The notes beneath the pieces are model-generated. The model saw nothing but the letters and a program-made list of their open reading frames with translations. It made no database searches and was not told the DNA's origin. A stretch of DNA of 64,000 nt, taken from assembly GCA_008632985.1 (NCBI GenBank), contig QPGO01000071.1:235516-299515 (forward strand), given 5' to 3'. Of this stretch, positions 1 to 11,900 are shown piece by piece. Positions within the stretch are counted from its first letter, which is position 1; each line of letters opens with the position of its first letter. The translations under genes were made by a program, and so were the position numbers. This stretch comes from Psammoneis japonica (Eukaryota).

Positions 1-199
1 TGTTTGTTGTTGCACTTTGACCCACCATGAGATCATGGACGGGTCATCTGACATCACCACGCTCCACAGACACAGCTGTGTGACAACAACAACAGCTTAG
101 AAGCATGTGCCATGCTGCTCTGCAGAGTGTCAGAACAAATTTCTCATGCAGAAAAAGTTCTTGAAGTGACCATTCATTGCTGGTGTTTCATGTCTCATT

Positions 200-930
200 C
201 TAACTTGCATGTTCCCACAGCTGTTGTTGATCAGTGCTTGCCATCATGCCTGGGCACTTGACATGCACTGGAGCCTTGCCCATGCAGCCATCATCTGCTT
301 CAATGCATTCCCCTTCCTCCAGTTGATGGAGCAATCTGTCTTGGAGAAAGATCATCACATTCTCTGCAGAGAAATGGCCCTGAAATCCAAACAATGTTGG
401 AAGTGCAAATGGCAGCTGCAGCTTCATGCCAGAGACCAGAATGCTTGAACATGAGCACAGAAGCATCCATCTTGTTCTCCAATCAGAAGCAACCTGTTTT
501 TCACAACAAAGTCAGTGCCATCATCCACAGACACAAGGCAATCATTGCCGGTGTCATCTGTCTTGCAACTCTCCCAAATGATCTCATTTGAAGATGAGTT
601 CAACAGAAAAGATTGGGTGAGAGCTTGCCAGCTCTTGTTGTCAAGCAAGAAACAACAAGCAGACAAACAAACATCACTGCCCTTCAGACAGGAGATCTCC
701 TTGAAGATCCAGCAGATCCAAGATCTGTGGGTTGCCTCATCCACACCTTCAACACAGGAAGCAAGAAACAACAAGCAGACAAACAAACATCACCACCCCC
801 TCCAGACAGGAGATCTCCTTGAAGAGCCAGCAGACCCAAGATCTGTGAGTTGCCTCATCCACACCTCCAACACAGGAAGCGCCCAAAAAAGCTCAGTGTT
901 TCAGGCCCAGAGCCTCAGCTTCTGCCAACT
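200..930 (-). pseudogene. PIF/Harbinger-like (DDE_Tnp_4-type) transposase remnant, frameshifted
   Basis: Fragments GVDEATHRSW, IIWES..DCLVSVDDGTDF, FKHSGLWHE..IVWISGPF and CIEADDGCMG align with the transposase at 14475-15543. Confidence 0.75.
643..880 (+). repeat. Tandem duplication of about 116 bp inside the transposase remnant
   Basis: aagcaagaaacaacaagcagacaaacaaacatcac...aacacaggaagc starts at 643 and again at 759. Confidence 0.9.
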
Positions 931-1744
931 GGCAATGATGACAGGCACCTTCTTCAAACTCTTCTTTTTGCAATGTGTTTTGAATGCAACATTTCAAATG
1001 TGACAGCAATGTCTGTCAGGGTGATGCAAACAAGCCAAGCCCTCCTGGCTTGAACTTTCAGCACAAACTTGCCCTCCAAAGAAGAAAGATGATCACCGGA
1101 AGGCGCAAGCACCAGCTCTCTTGCAGCATTTTCTGCTGTGAAGCAGCTGCAACTCTCACTTCCACACTGTTGCAACCAGGATGTGGACAAGTCTCCCATT
1201 CTGGAAAGACCAAATCTGGGGCAGTTGGGCTGGCATGCTGCCAGACCAGCCACAGAAGCAACTTCTTGGTGCAATCCAGAAATCAGCTTGCAACACAGGC
1301 TGTTTTTGATGTTTTGCGGGGATGCACCAAAACAATGACAGAGACAATGGGCACCCTGGCAGAGCATTGTGTGTTGTCGAGGAAAAACTCGTCCATGTCG
1401 AGGTGGCAATCTGCAGAGAAAAGGCCATCGGCGGAGAGAACTGGTGTTACTCACTGTACAACGATTTGGCACTGAGCACAGGACCAGCTCCTCAGTCACG
1501 GATTGATTCATCTTAAATTCGGAATCTTCATAGATGTATAAATGCGTATGTACAGATATTTGTGAATGAAAATTTGCTGCCAACACAAAAATCTGAAATA
1601 GGCTTCCTTAATCTTCTATTTTAAAAAATCATGCTCCACGCGTCATCGTCCATCGTCGCATCGTCCATCGTCCCCACACCCGATCGTCAAGATGACACGC
1701 AAAGTAACACAAATAGATGTAGATAGAGGCGGCTTGGCAACATA

Positions 1745-2787
1745 ATGACGTCTACCATGTTGGTTTCACTCTTGTGTTGTCTGATTATCAGAAACTTGAA
1801 CGCTTTTGTGCTTCCTCTTCCTCGCTGTCCTGTGGCAAAATCAAACGATTTGTTGTTCCCTCGCTTTGCAGTTTCATCCTCACGAGGGGCGATTGATTGG
1901 CTAAAGAAGGAACCTGTGGAGTCCTTACTGCCCAAGGAGGATGCACTCGAGATTATTTCAGAACTCCTTTCCAACGATGAACTCATAAACGACAGCGAAG
2001 AAGTGGTGACGACCAATTGGGAAAAGCTGGAGACTAGACTGCGGGACGAGACTAGATCGGCAAAGGAGATTCTCGGTCAGGAAATTACAGATCGAGTTCT
2101 CACTTCGGTAGAAAATGTTGAAGGATACGATCCGGATGCCGTGCGTGCCTTTCTAACAAGTGATGCAGTTAATTCTCTCTTTGCTCGTATTCTCTATGAT
2201 GGGATCTTTGAATTCTTTCAGGTAGGTGATCGTCGCACGCGCTGTGGTTGCCTGATCACCCATCTTCTTCTTACACTTCCCTCTTTTCTCCACTTGTTTT
2301 GCAGGTAATCGATGTTTTTGGAAATATTGTAAATTCTCTTCCTATTATTGGTCCAATTCGTAAACAAATCGTCACAGAGACAAAGCGACAGCTAGATAAA
2401 TCCTTGGGTCCGCTTGTGCAGAACTTTTTACAAACCTACACAAAGATTGCAGTGGTACAAGCTAGCGAATTCATCTTGTCGCCCGCCAATCAAAAGGCAT
2501 TTGGTGGCGCCAATGCTCGTCTCGTATCGAGTCTTTTGGAACGACCCTTAAACACCCTCCTCCCGCCTTCGGACATGAGTGAAAAGCTGATTGACGATGC
2601 TTATGGCTACTTGCGAAATGCCAACATGACAGAGGTGGAGCGTTACCTTGGCTTTGTGTACGATTTCGTGGGCGACAAGAGCGTGGAAAGCTTTACAGAT
2701 GTAGATCGAGTGCTTGATGCTTCCCCTACGTTGCAGAAGACGGTTGATAGGATATGGGATGGAGTAACCAATGCCAAATCAAGCTGA
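1745..2787 (+). CDS. Hypothetical protein, probably plastid-targeted; 2 exons (intron 2222-2304)
   Basis: GT..AG intron joins FFQ|VIDVFGN in frame; hydrophobic signal peptide followed by NAF (ASAFAP-like) motif. Confidence 0.8.
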
Positions 2788-3122
2788 CCAGAGCAAAGCT
2801 AGCTGGAGGACACCTGCTGGTTTAATCCTGCGCGACAAAACACATCCGGGCATGGTTGACATCAGGCTAGCCATTGTTTGTGCTTCATTGTCTGAGCTCA
2901 AGACCGATGCCAGGTAACCAGCTCATCGAACCGGCTCTGGATTGTTGCACAAAAACTAGAGAGGGTTACTCTTCATTTCCGTAAAAACGGAACCCAGAGA
3001 AGATAAAACAGTTTCGCCTCTCTGGCTAGCTAACAATAAGCGTTGTTTCGTTTCACAAGAGTCCTCAGGTATTCTCTCTACTAGAGAGTAGATTGATGAG
3101 TCGTTGATCGGTGCTTTGGAGT

Positions 3123-3320
3123 CGTGACCGGCCACTCCGACAACCTGTGTGATGCGTATTGCTTCATGAAAATCATTTGAAGTCGTTTTTTAGCGTTCGA
3201 TCGAAGCTCGATATTTCGGTGTAGATTCATTATAAAACTTACATTTTGATTCGTGCTCCCCGCCCACGCAAAATATTTAAAAATAAAGAAGAAGCCAAAA
3301 CTGAGGGAGTTCGGAGTGAG
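3123..3320. mobile_element. Short non-autonomous (MITE-like) relative of the element at 11901-13889, with TpA retained
   Basis: 3184-3318 aligns with 13750-13879; inverted cactccga (3133-3140) / tcggagtg (3311-3318); left end cgtgaccgg also occurs at 11903. Confidence 0.55.
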
Positions 3321-3457
3321 GGCAGGGAGTCGCGGCATGTTGGATGTTGCTTGTTTTCAACATAGTAGGTATTGCGCTATCGTCCTCTGTCCTCTTGCTT
3401 GGATACCAAACAACGGTGTTACACGCTCTCCTTCGACTCTCGGAGAAAACGAATCCG

Positions 3458-5719
3458 ATGGATCCTCAACAACCACCAATACAAACCTGTAACAGAACAA
3501 GAAGTCGTGCGCCGGTAGGTTACTCCGTACCCGAACGTGGGCAGCATTACCGGTACAAGAACAGGAGTGGATGGAAACCTGCCAACTTTGATGATTCACT
3601 TCCACCAATCGCGTGGAGGTCGAAATACCAACAACTCTGGGACGTTGTGCACAATTTCGTCAGGTTCGTGACCGGAACAAGACTCGTCAATTGGTTCCGT
3701 GACAGACAATGGGACACTGTCCCAAAAATGGTATACAAGTCTACTAGCGAAGATTCGGACTATGCAGCAACTGTCATTTTAATGGTCTTAGGTAGGTGGA
3801 CAGAAGGTCTCAATCTCCTGTTGCGATCTCTTTTCATTCTTTGGTCGGTCCTTGTGGTAGACTCCGTCGAGGTGGTGGGACGGACGTGGTGCATGCCATG
3901 GAGGGCTATAATCCAACCCAAAGGGTCCCTCCTTAAACTGTTGAGACCATGGAAATGGCTGTTGGGAGGAGGCTGGCATTCAGGGAGTTTGAGCTTTAAA
4001 GTGGGTAACCCCATGAACGCGGTTTACGTGTATCTGGTAGCGCCCGGGCGTGTTAACGGCCTTGGTAACGAAATATGGGCCGAAGGAGATGTGGGCATGT
4101 TAGCCATCTTCACGTTGCACCTCGCCTTTGGTTTGGCGTTTTTACAAAATCTGACTCTCGCGATGATGGGCGAAGTTCTACAATTTGACAAACGTTGGGT
4201 TGTGATTTCTGTACTTTTCACAGTACACGGATGCTATGGGGAAAAGATACGGAGCGATGTGCCAAAACTGGCGGGCGAAGTCTATTTTGTCTTGAACAAG
4301 AAGGAGAGGGCGGCCGCGATGATTAATTCCCTCACTAGCGCTGAAAGAGTGGGTTTGAGGTTAACGCAACGCGAGGGAGTTGCGATTTCTTACTATCAAA
4401 GGAGGCCAGCAAGTACTGACTGGGTTTGTCCGACTGAGTTAGGTGCCTTTTTAGCCAGCTATGATGGGAGGATTTGGCTGGACAGGGTTGCCAAGATTTA
4501 TGGTGTCCAAGACACCGAGTGGGCCCACTACGGTTTATTGCCTTATGTAGAATACCCGGTGATATTAATTGTACCGGAAACCACTTGGGGTGACATGTTG
4601 TTACGTCTTGGGGTGCAAATCGACACAACAGAACTGGGGCAGAGCGTCATCTGCGCAGACTTAGTCGCTTTGTCACGCTCCTGGTTAGTTGCTGAGCGGA
4701 TGGCGGGTGCATCCGGCAGGGGTGTACGAACCTGGGACAATCGACACTACGGACTGCTAAGCAGGACTCTTAAAATGATGGTCAAACTGAGTGGCCAACC
4801 ATGCACTGGTGAAGAGTTCTGCCGTTTCTTGCACATGCAGTTGCCGACTTACACTTGGGTCCGAGACTATAGCGTGTTGCCGATAGGGACGAAGCTGTGG
4901 GATAGCGGCAGTCCATTGTGGAATGAGGGACTATTAAGGCTCCATACTTCCCATCGTACTGTCAAGGCATTCCTCGCCTCAGATTGTTACGAACCTAGAG
5001 ACAAGACCGGCTTGGTACTGCGAATGTCGTGGAAAACAGGTACGCCGTTCTGTAGGAGGGCAGTATACGACCTATTTTGCCGGTTCAACAAACCATCCGG
5101 GAGATTGAGTCCGTTGGAAGCCACTGAGATCAGCTTTGCCCTATCACAGCCACCACCCAAGGAAATGTGCTATGGCTATTACCCCTTGGCCCCAGCTCTG
5201 TCCTTAGACTCTCTTCAGGCTTGGTTGGGAGAAGAATTTGACATAATGGATGTTGTGGATGGCATACAGTGGAGACAGATCCCCGACAAAAGACCGGGGT
5301 ATGTGCTGACACGAAAACATGCGCTCGGCCGTGAGGTTGTAAAGGCAGCCGGGAACCGAGCGGGGATTAACCGCTGCGAGGGGAGGGTTCTGCTTCAAAC
5401 AATTTCTGAGTGGGGTTTTCATGCTATTTCGGTCAACTTCGATAAGGAAACCAGAGCAGGACAACTCAGTGGTGAATTCTTCCAGTTCGACGACAATATT
5501 CTTCGGTGGAAGGCATTGGAAGCTTCAAGAGACTTCATCACAGAAAGGGATGTATGTGCAGCAGTACGCGACGTAATATTGGACACGTTGCACGGAAGGG
5601 CTAGACCGTGCAACATTCTCTTGGAAGGGGTTGAACTTGAGGACGGTGATTGGCCGCAGGTCCCGAGCGCAGTAGTTGTCCGCTTAGATGGGCCTGTGGA
5701 GGAAAACTCAAGATTCTGA
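3458..5719 (+). CDS. Intronless orphan protein of about 750 aa with several hydrophobic segments in the N-terminal half
   Basis: Long uninterrupted ORF (track start 3344; the ATG at 3458 begins MDPQQPP); normal Tyr and TpA content; no motif recognised. Confidence 0.6.
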   Translation: MDPQQPPIQTCNRTRSRAPVGYSVPERGQHYRYKNRSGWKPANFDDSLPPIAWRSKYQQLWDVVHNFVRFVTGTRLVNWFRDRQWDTVPKMVYKSTSEDSDYAATVILMVLGRWTEGLNLLLRSLFILWSVLVVDSVEVVGRTWCMPWRAIIQPKGSLLKLLRPWKWLLGGGWHSGSLSFKVGNPMNAVYVYLVAPGRVNGLGNEIWAEGDVGMLAIFTLHLAFGLAFLQNLTLAMMGEVLQFDKRWVVISVLFTVHGCYGEKIRSDVPKLAGEVYFVLNKKERAAAMINSLTSAERVGLRLTQREGVAISYYQRRPASTDWVCPTELGAFLASYDGRIWLDRVAKIYGVQDTEWAHYGLLPYVEYPVILIVPETTWGDMLLRLGVQIDTTELGQSVICADLVALSRSWLVAERMAGASGRGVRTWDNRHYGLLSRTLKMMVKLSGQPCTGEEFCRFLHMQLPTYTWVRDYSVLPIGTKLWDSGSPLWNEGLLRLHTSHRTVKAFLASDCYEPRDKTGLVLRMSWKTGTPFCRRAVYDLFCRFNKPSGRLSPLEATEISFALSQPPPKEMCYGYYPLAPALSLDSLQAWLGEEFDIMDVVDGIQWRQIPDKRPGYVLTRKHALGREVVKAAGNRAGINRCEGRVLLQTISEWGFHAISVNFDKETRAGQLSGEFFQFDDNILRWKALEASRDFITERDVCAAVRDVILDTLHGRARPCNILLEGVELEDGDWPQVPSAVVVRLDGPVEENSRF

Positions 5720-6089
5720 GGGATTAAGCTGGTTAGATGTGTGCACAATCGCCTTTGCCTTTTAAGGTAGTCAATAGACCTTTCTTCATTTCAAGATTTT
5801 TGCCTGGGTACGGACAGACTGTACGTCAAGCGGAAATTGTATTGGGCAGAAAAGGGGCAATCGTCCAGCTACGTAGGTAGCTCTTTATAAACTGTGTAGG
5901 AAATGTACCAGGGTTTGTGTAGAATTTGATAACGACACAATTCCATTTTGATAGCGACAAGTAGAAATTTACATAATTTTTCAGTACAAATTTGACAGCG
6001 ACGTCAAAGACGGAATCCATCCATCAACATGCCAATTACTGCATGAATGAGCATTCGTCTCCGTAACACAGTAACACACAGTGTCGACA

Positions 6090-9000
6090 ATGGCAACGTC
6101 AAAATCAACTGATTCCTCGGTGCCACATCCACCTACACAGGAACATGTGTCAAATGACGAGATGCCACCGTCATCTCAATTAAACCAAGTGCAGCAGCAA
6201 GGAATCCGAGTGGAGGACGAGTCGTTGGAGCCAGCAAACTCGCGTCTCCTGACACACGCCGTGCCAAATCCATGCGCTGTACCAAATCCATATGCGAGAA
6301 GACCTGAGGCAGAACAACAGAAGAAAAAAGGGCGTGGACAAGCCAAAGGAAGCACGTGCAAGCGAAGGACCAATGCACAGATTGAAAGAGACAAACGAAA
6401 AGAGGAAAAGGAGCAGAAGGAGCGGGAACGGAGAGAAGCCCGAGAGCGCGATCGGATGGGGCAGCAAGAGGCAGATCAAGCCAAGGCCAGGGCCCCACAA
6501 AATTTCTTTTTACCACAAGTGGCTCATTCACGTGCAACAGCAGATGAGATTGATGCAAGCGCCGTTTTGGCAGCAGCTCAGCCTGGTGCAGACGGCCCCG
6601 ACTCTGTGGCAGGTCATGCTCCAGTCGCAGATGATGGAGTCGCCACTGCTCCAGTCGAAGAAAACAATTTCAATCAAGAAGATGCTGTCCCTCTGGCAGA
6701 GCTGGCACAACCACAGCCACCATCAACTGCAAAAGAGCCAACTGATGCAGACCCGCTGCCTGGCATCAATCTGGAGCAGATTCCCCCCATGTTCAGGAGA
6801 ATTGCAGGCAGCACAATGCATCAGCTCTGCGCTGATGTGAAAAGGAAAACGAAACAGTCGAACCAACATGTTCGGCATTCAACTGGGGCCAAGGATTTTC
6901 CATGGAAGTCAGAAGAATGTGAATGGGTGAGGCCTTTTGAGCTTCAGAGACCGGCAACTTTGGCGGACATGCTGGTTGAGCACTTCTGTCGCATCATGTT
7001 CTTTTCTCCAGACAGAACCGCTCCACACCTGCTGCCCACAGGTCAAATGCCATGTAAATGGCATGGCTTTGGATGTGATCCGGAGACCAAGCAGCCTTGC
7101 ACATGCCGAGATCTATTTTTCAATGACTTTGTTCGTTCATTTGTTGATGAAGACGGGTCAGTTGGCAGCACATTTTCCGGGCAATGCTGCTGCAGCATTC
7201 GGGCGCCAAGGGACGTCAAAGATGCAGCCCATGACAAATTCCGTGTCACTGGCAATGATTGTGGGGACGATGTCAACAACCATTCTTGTTGTTTCGCAGG
7301 CCACTGTGATGAGGTGCTTGCTCATCTCACAGCGGATGTACGAGGAATTCTGAGTGTGGTCATGACAAAACGTCGTGCGGTGACGGTCCAGTTGTCCAAC
7401 CACATTTTCAAAGCAGTGTCTTTGAAGAGGAGCTTAAATGCGATTCACAATGAGCTTGTTGCAAAGCAAAAGAACAAGTTTTACGAAATGAAGGAGCAGT
7501 TCCAAGCTGTGCATTTCAACCCAAAATTGCGAGGCACTGTGCAGAGTGTGCAGAAGCTGTTGTTTGAAGCGGCTGTGACGACAAAGTTTGAAGCAGCCAT
7601 CAAACATGATCCTCCATCCAGGCAGCATCTCCAAAGTGTCTTCATGAACCGTGTGCTTTCAAAGTTGCCACATTTCGAGAGATGCCTTGAAATGGTGTCG
7701 GGGAAGGTTCTTTGTGTGGCGACAAATCACACAAGGTCGTAAAGTTTGCATTCGTTGCTGCCACTTCCGCTGGGAGCGTGAGAGCATGTGATTCAGTCTA
7801 CATGGTTGTGAATGAATGCAACCAGGTGGCAGACATTCGCTTCGTTCGCAGCGGGGACCATGATGAGGTTGAAAATGTCTTGAAGGCGATCCAGCATCGA
7901 CACAAGGCACATGCCTGCGATGAAGTAGAGTCATTCTACACAGACAACTGCTGCCATGAGTGCCCCATGATCATCAGGGCGATTCCATCCTTGGGAAAGT
8001 CTGACAGAAGCAATGCAATGGAAGCTGTCATTCCTCCATTGGCTGCCTTGCCCGACGGCAGCACTCCAGCAGTGACAGAGACCTGCGAACAACTGAAGGA
8101 CTTTTGTCTCCCGATCTTGACGGCTGTTGACACAGTTGCTGAAGAGAAAGTGTGCATCGGTTTCGATGTGGAGTGGGACAGCTTGACTGATGAAGAATTG
8201 CGCAACCAAGTGCCAGTTGTCATGCAGATTGCCACTGACAACCCTTGTCCTCAATCCATTGGCGTTGTCAAATTGTGGAGCATCTTTCCCAACATGACCC
8301 GAGACAGCAACGGTCAGTGTGGCATCTTGGACGTCAGCAACTGGTGCGCAACAAACAGTGCATTGCGTCAATTGCTGGCACATGCAAAGGTGCACTTGGT
8401 GGGCGTTGATGTCAAAGGTGACATGACGAGACTCCGGAACCATTGTCCAGAACAGCTGTTTGGTGTCGACTCCATCAAAACCCTGGACTGCCGGGAGCTG
8501 GCTGACAGACATGGATTGTTCCAGTGAGGCGAACAGAGGAAAATGGAAACAATGGTCAAAAAGCTCTTGGGCAAATGTGTTGACAAAAGCCTTGCTAGAT
8601 CCAAATGGAGTGCCCGTCAATTGTGCCCGGAGCTGGCAGTTTGCGCTGCACTTGATGCGTGGCTCTCGCTCCTCCTTTGGAACGAGCTACAGAGACTGGC
8701 TGCAATGCACCGAAAGCCGAACAGAGATGAATTGATGCCTGGGCTTCCTGTTCATCTCTTCTCTCTAACATCAAACACAGTTGTTGCGCATGGGAAGATG
8801 CATGATGTCAATTTGAAAGTGGAGGAGGCAGTTGACGGAAAGCCAAGAACGTTCGAGGACATTAAGGTCACAGCAGCCGCGGTGGCAAATCTGAGTGCAA
8901 AAGTTCCCCATCTTGTGTTCAACAGAGCCGACGATGCACTCCATGCACTCAGAGACTCCATGGCCGGGGACAATTGCATTGCACAGTGGAAGAGATCCCG

Positions 9001-11267
9001 AATGGTTGTGTCGACCGAGAGGCTGATGTGTCAAGCACTGCAGGTCGACACAAATTTTCAGACGACATGCAAAGCAACAATGAGGTCGAGGGTTCCAGTG
9101 AAGCTGGAGGCAGCCTGGATGAAATGGCCCCAATTGATCACCAAGATGACAGCAACGGAAGCAATCATGCCACTGGCGCCGGCAGCAGCAATCACAACAG
9201 TGTCAGTGTAACCGAGGAAGATGCAATCGACCAGGATGTCAGCGGCGCCGTGAACACCACAAGCAATCATGCTGGCAACGGATCATTCGAAGACGAAAGC
9301 ACAACCTGCAGTCATGCTGCTGGTTCCAGCTCACCAAGTGGAGACCTCAGCCAACAAAGAAGAAATGAGGCACCTGCCAGAAGGAAGCAGCCTGAGTGAG
9401 TTCCCAGACTCACATGGCTCTCGGCTCTCGAAACGAACACGATGATGATGAGCTCCAGCATGATCATGAGGACGGCGACATTGAGTCACTTGCTGGGGAT
9501 GAAGCAGCTGCCGAGGTGTTTGCACGAAACTGTGTGAAAGGGGATTGCTTCCATTTTCTCAAGGACATCAAAAGCACTTGGAAAAAGAAGCATGGTTTTT
9601 ATGAAGAAGTGTCGGGACTGCTTCGCGACTCCATGCTGCTGATCAATCAGGAGCGGCTAGACCTTGAAGTCAAGAAGCTGGTGGCAAAGCTCACAAACCA
9701 TGTGCAGGGCAGGTGGTGCAACAATCACAAGGAAGCAAAGAAGGAGGCGCAAAGGAGGATGAATCGGCCGTCGTCCAAGACCTTGGCGGACACAGAGAGA
9801 ACAACACCCCAACCCAGCGATCTTTTGGTGCGAATCAAGAGAACGGTTTGATTCATCGCCAATGTCAAGTGCGCCAAGTCCGGGGAACCACTCTTTTCAA
9901 AGGAAACCTGGAAAGTTCATTTCAACTTTGTCAAACATGTCCAAAAAGGATGTGTGAGCAACAGACCAGGCTTTGACTGCTGCTGCATCCGAGCCGATCC
10001 GTCGAGTGGGAAAACAACCATGCATTGCATTTGTGGCACTTCGCAGCTCGAAGGCTTTCACAAGCACCCAAAAGAAGCTCTAGTGGCACATCATTCATCC
10101 CCCTTGCTAGCGGTTTGTCTTTTGGCCACATTTGCACACCGATGGAACCATGATCGCGCAGCAGAAAGGGGACTTGCACCTTCCGAGTGCTCGCAATTCT
10201 ACAATCACAAAACAGTCCACAACATGCAAACCACAAACTATGAGCACGGAGTGCATCAGTGCCAAGGTGACCTTGTAAACCCCAATGACTTTGGACATGC
10301 CGGAGGAGGTGCACACATGCCGATTGAGGACCGGTGCATGGCAACAATCAATGCAGAGGATTCCAAGTCACCTGCAGCAACAGTGGAAAACGCCATGTCC
10401 GAAGCTTTGGAATTCCTGGCCGAACGAGATGGAAGGGATGGTGTTCCAGTTGCTCAGGTCACCGGCCATGAAGCTGAATTGTTTCAGGAAGCACTCCCAA
10501 GATTCGCGAAAGCAGCACGAAACAACCAAAACCAGCGCAGTTTGCATGACTTTGCACGCATGAATGCGTGCTGGGATGATCTGGTAGATGCTGAATGGCA
10601 AAAACCGCTTGGCGAGCATCGTCAGACATTCCGGAAGACAGCACCTGTTCTCTCGGCACATTGTAAAAAGGTCGAGAGACAGAAACTCAAAGCTCGCACC
10701 ATGCGGCAAACTGCAACCACTTGTGACAGCACTGGTGTAGAGAGAACAGTCATTGTGAGTGGGGAGACAGACAGAATCCGAGCAGACATTCAAGAAACAG
10801 CTCGTGTGCAAACCTTTTGTGCTCCTCTTCCAAACCCACCAGAAAGGTCTGAGCCATTTGGGGTTGCAGGAGAGTGCCAGCCGTGAATTTGCCGCCAGTG
10901 AACACAAGCAGATCGGCTTGAAATGCAGCTGTGTTGGAATCGGCAGCTAACAGGTGACACATCCGAATGCCTGATCCTCCACCACATCAAGAAAACAGGA
11001 AAAGAAAAGCTTCCACTTGCAGTGCAGCGCTGCTTCCGTTGTGGCTTGACCCGAAATGGTCCACGTCACAACCGCAGGGCAAAGCCCAACAGCACTGAAT
11101 GCTGCGCCGTGCCGGCTGAGGACAGGGTGCCACACTGGGAAGTGCCAGATGGCTGCAATGCTGGAGATGATCTCAGAGCAGTAGACTCAAACATTGCAAA
11201 GCGAAAATGGAAGAAGATCCGATTGGACAACAACATTGGTGTCGACCCTGAGTTTCCAAATTGGTGA
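6090..11267 (+). pseudogene. Large DDE transposase of the C/DxxH group (Mutator-like) with an embedded WRN-type DEDDy 3'-5' exonuclease; disrupted
   Basis: Putative D1 CGDKSHK (7721), D2 FYTDNCC (7943), DxxH KGDCFH (9543), E GTSQLEGFH (10050); exonuclease motifs IGFDVEW, LVGVDVKGD and CAALDA; frameshift near 7713 and TGA stops at 8525 and 9849. Confidence 0.7.
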
Positions 11268-11900
11268 CGATGGATGAGAACTCGGCAATGACAAAATAAA
11301 TGCACAACCCAGTGATCAACACTTGCAGCTTCATTGTTGTCATTCAACACAGTTGAAGAAGACGGCATTCATCACTGCTGACACCACCTGCGCCACTCCA
11401 ACACTGCGTGCAATTGCCGTGCCACAAAGTGTGTCACGCATCTGGGCGTCGTGCGTGATCATTGAACATAGAGCCCTCTCTCTCGCCTCCTCCTTTTCCT
11501 CCTCAAGTGAGACCAAAAAAATCAAAGACTGACATCATGACGTTTTCTTGCCAAACAGCTCGAAATCTACTCAATCTACTTCTGCTTGCCTGAAAACCAC
11601 TCATTTGTCAGAAAACGAGCTCCTGGTCACAAGAAAATCCAGGTGGTCATGCGCGCTTTCACGCGAACAAGACCCCATGCAGAACAGGTTGTGTGTGCTT
11701 TTCATCATTCTTCGGAGTGACATGCAGACTGTGCTGAGATTTCCTGTAGAAAGCCAGCAGAAACAAGTAAAAAATCTGCTTCATTTTTCTCGTAAAATGG
11801 CCAAAATCTGCTTTACCCACCCGACATGATGTCAGTTTTTGAGTTTTTCGGTGGCACTTGTCCTCCTCTTTTTTTCATAAAATCGGAGCTACCTGCTGTG

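Larger units (their letters stand above)
1..1510. mobile_element. Degraded transposon island depleted of TpA and CpG (continues left of the window)
   Basis: Almost no TA and few CG up to about 1510, then an abrupt return of TA (tagatgtataaatgcgtatgtac); contains transposase fragments. Confidence 0.8.
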
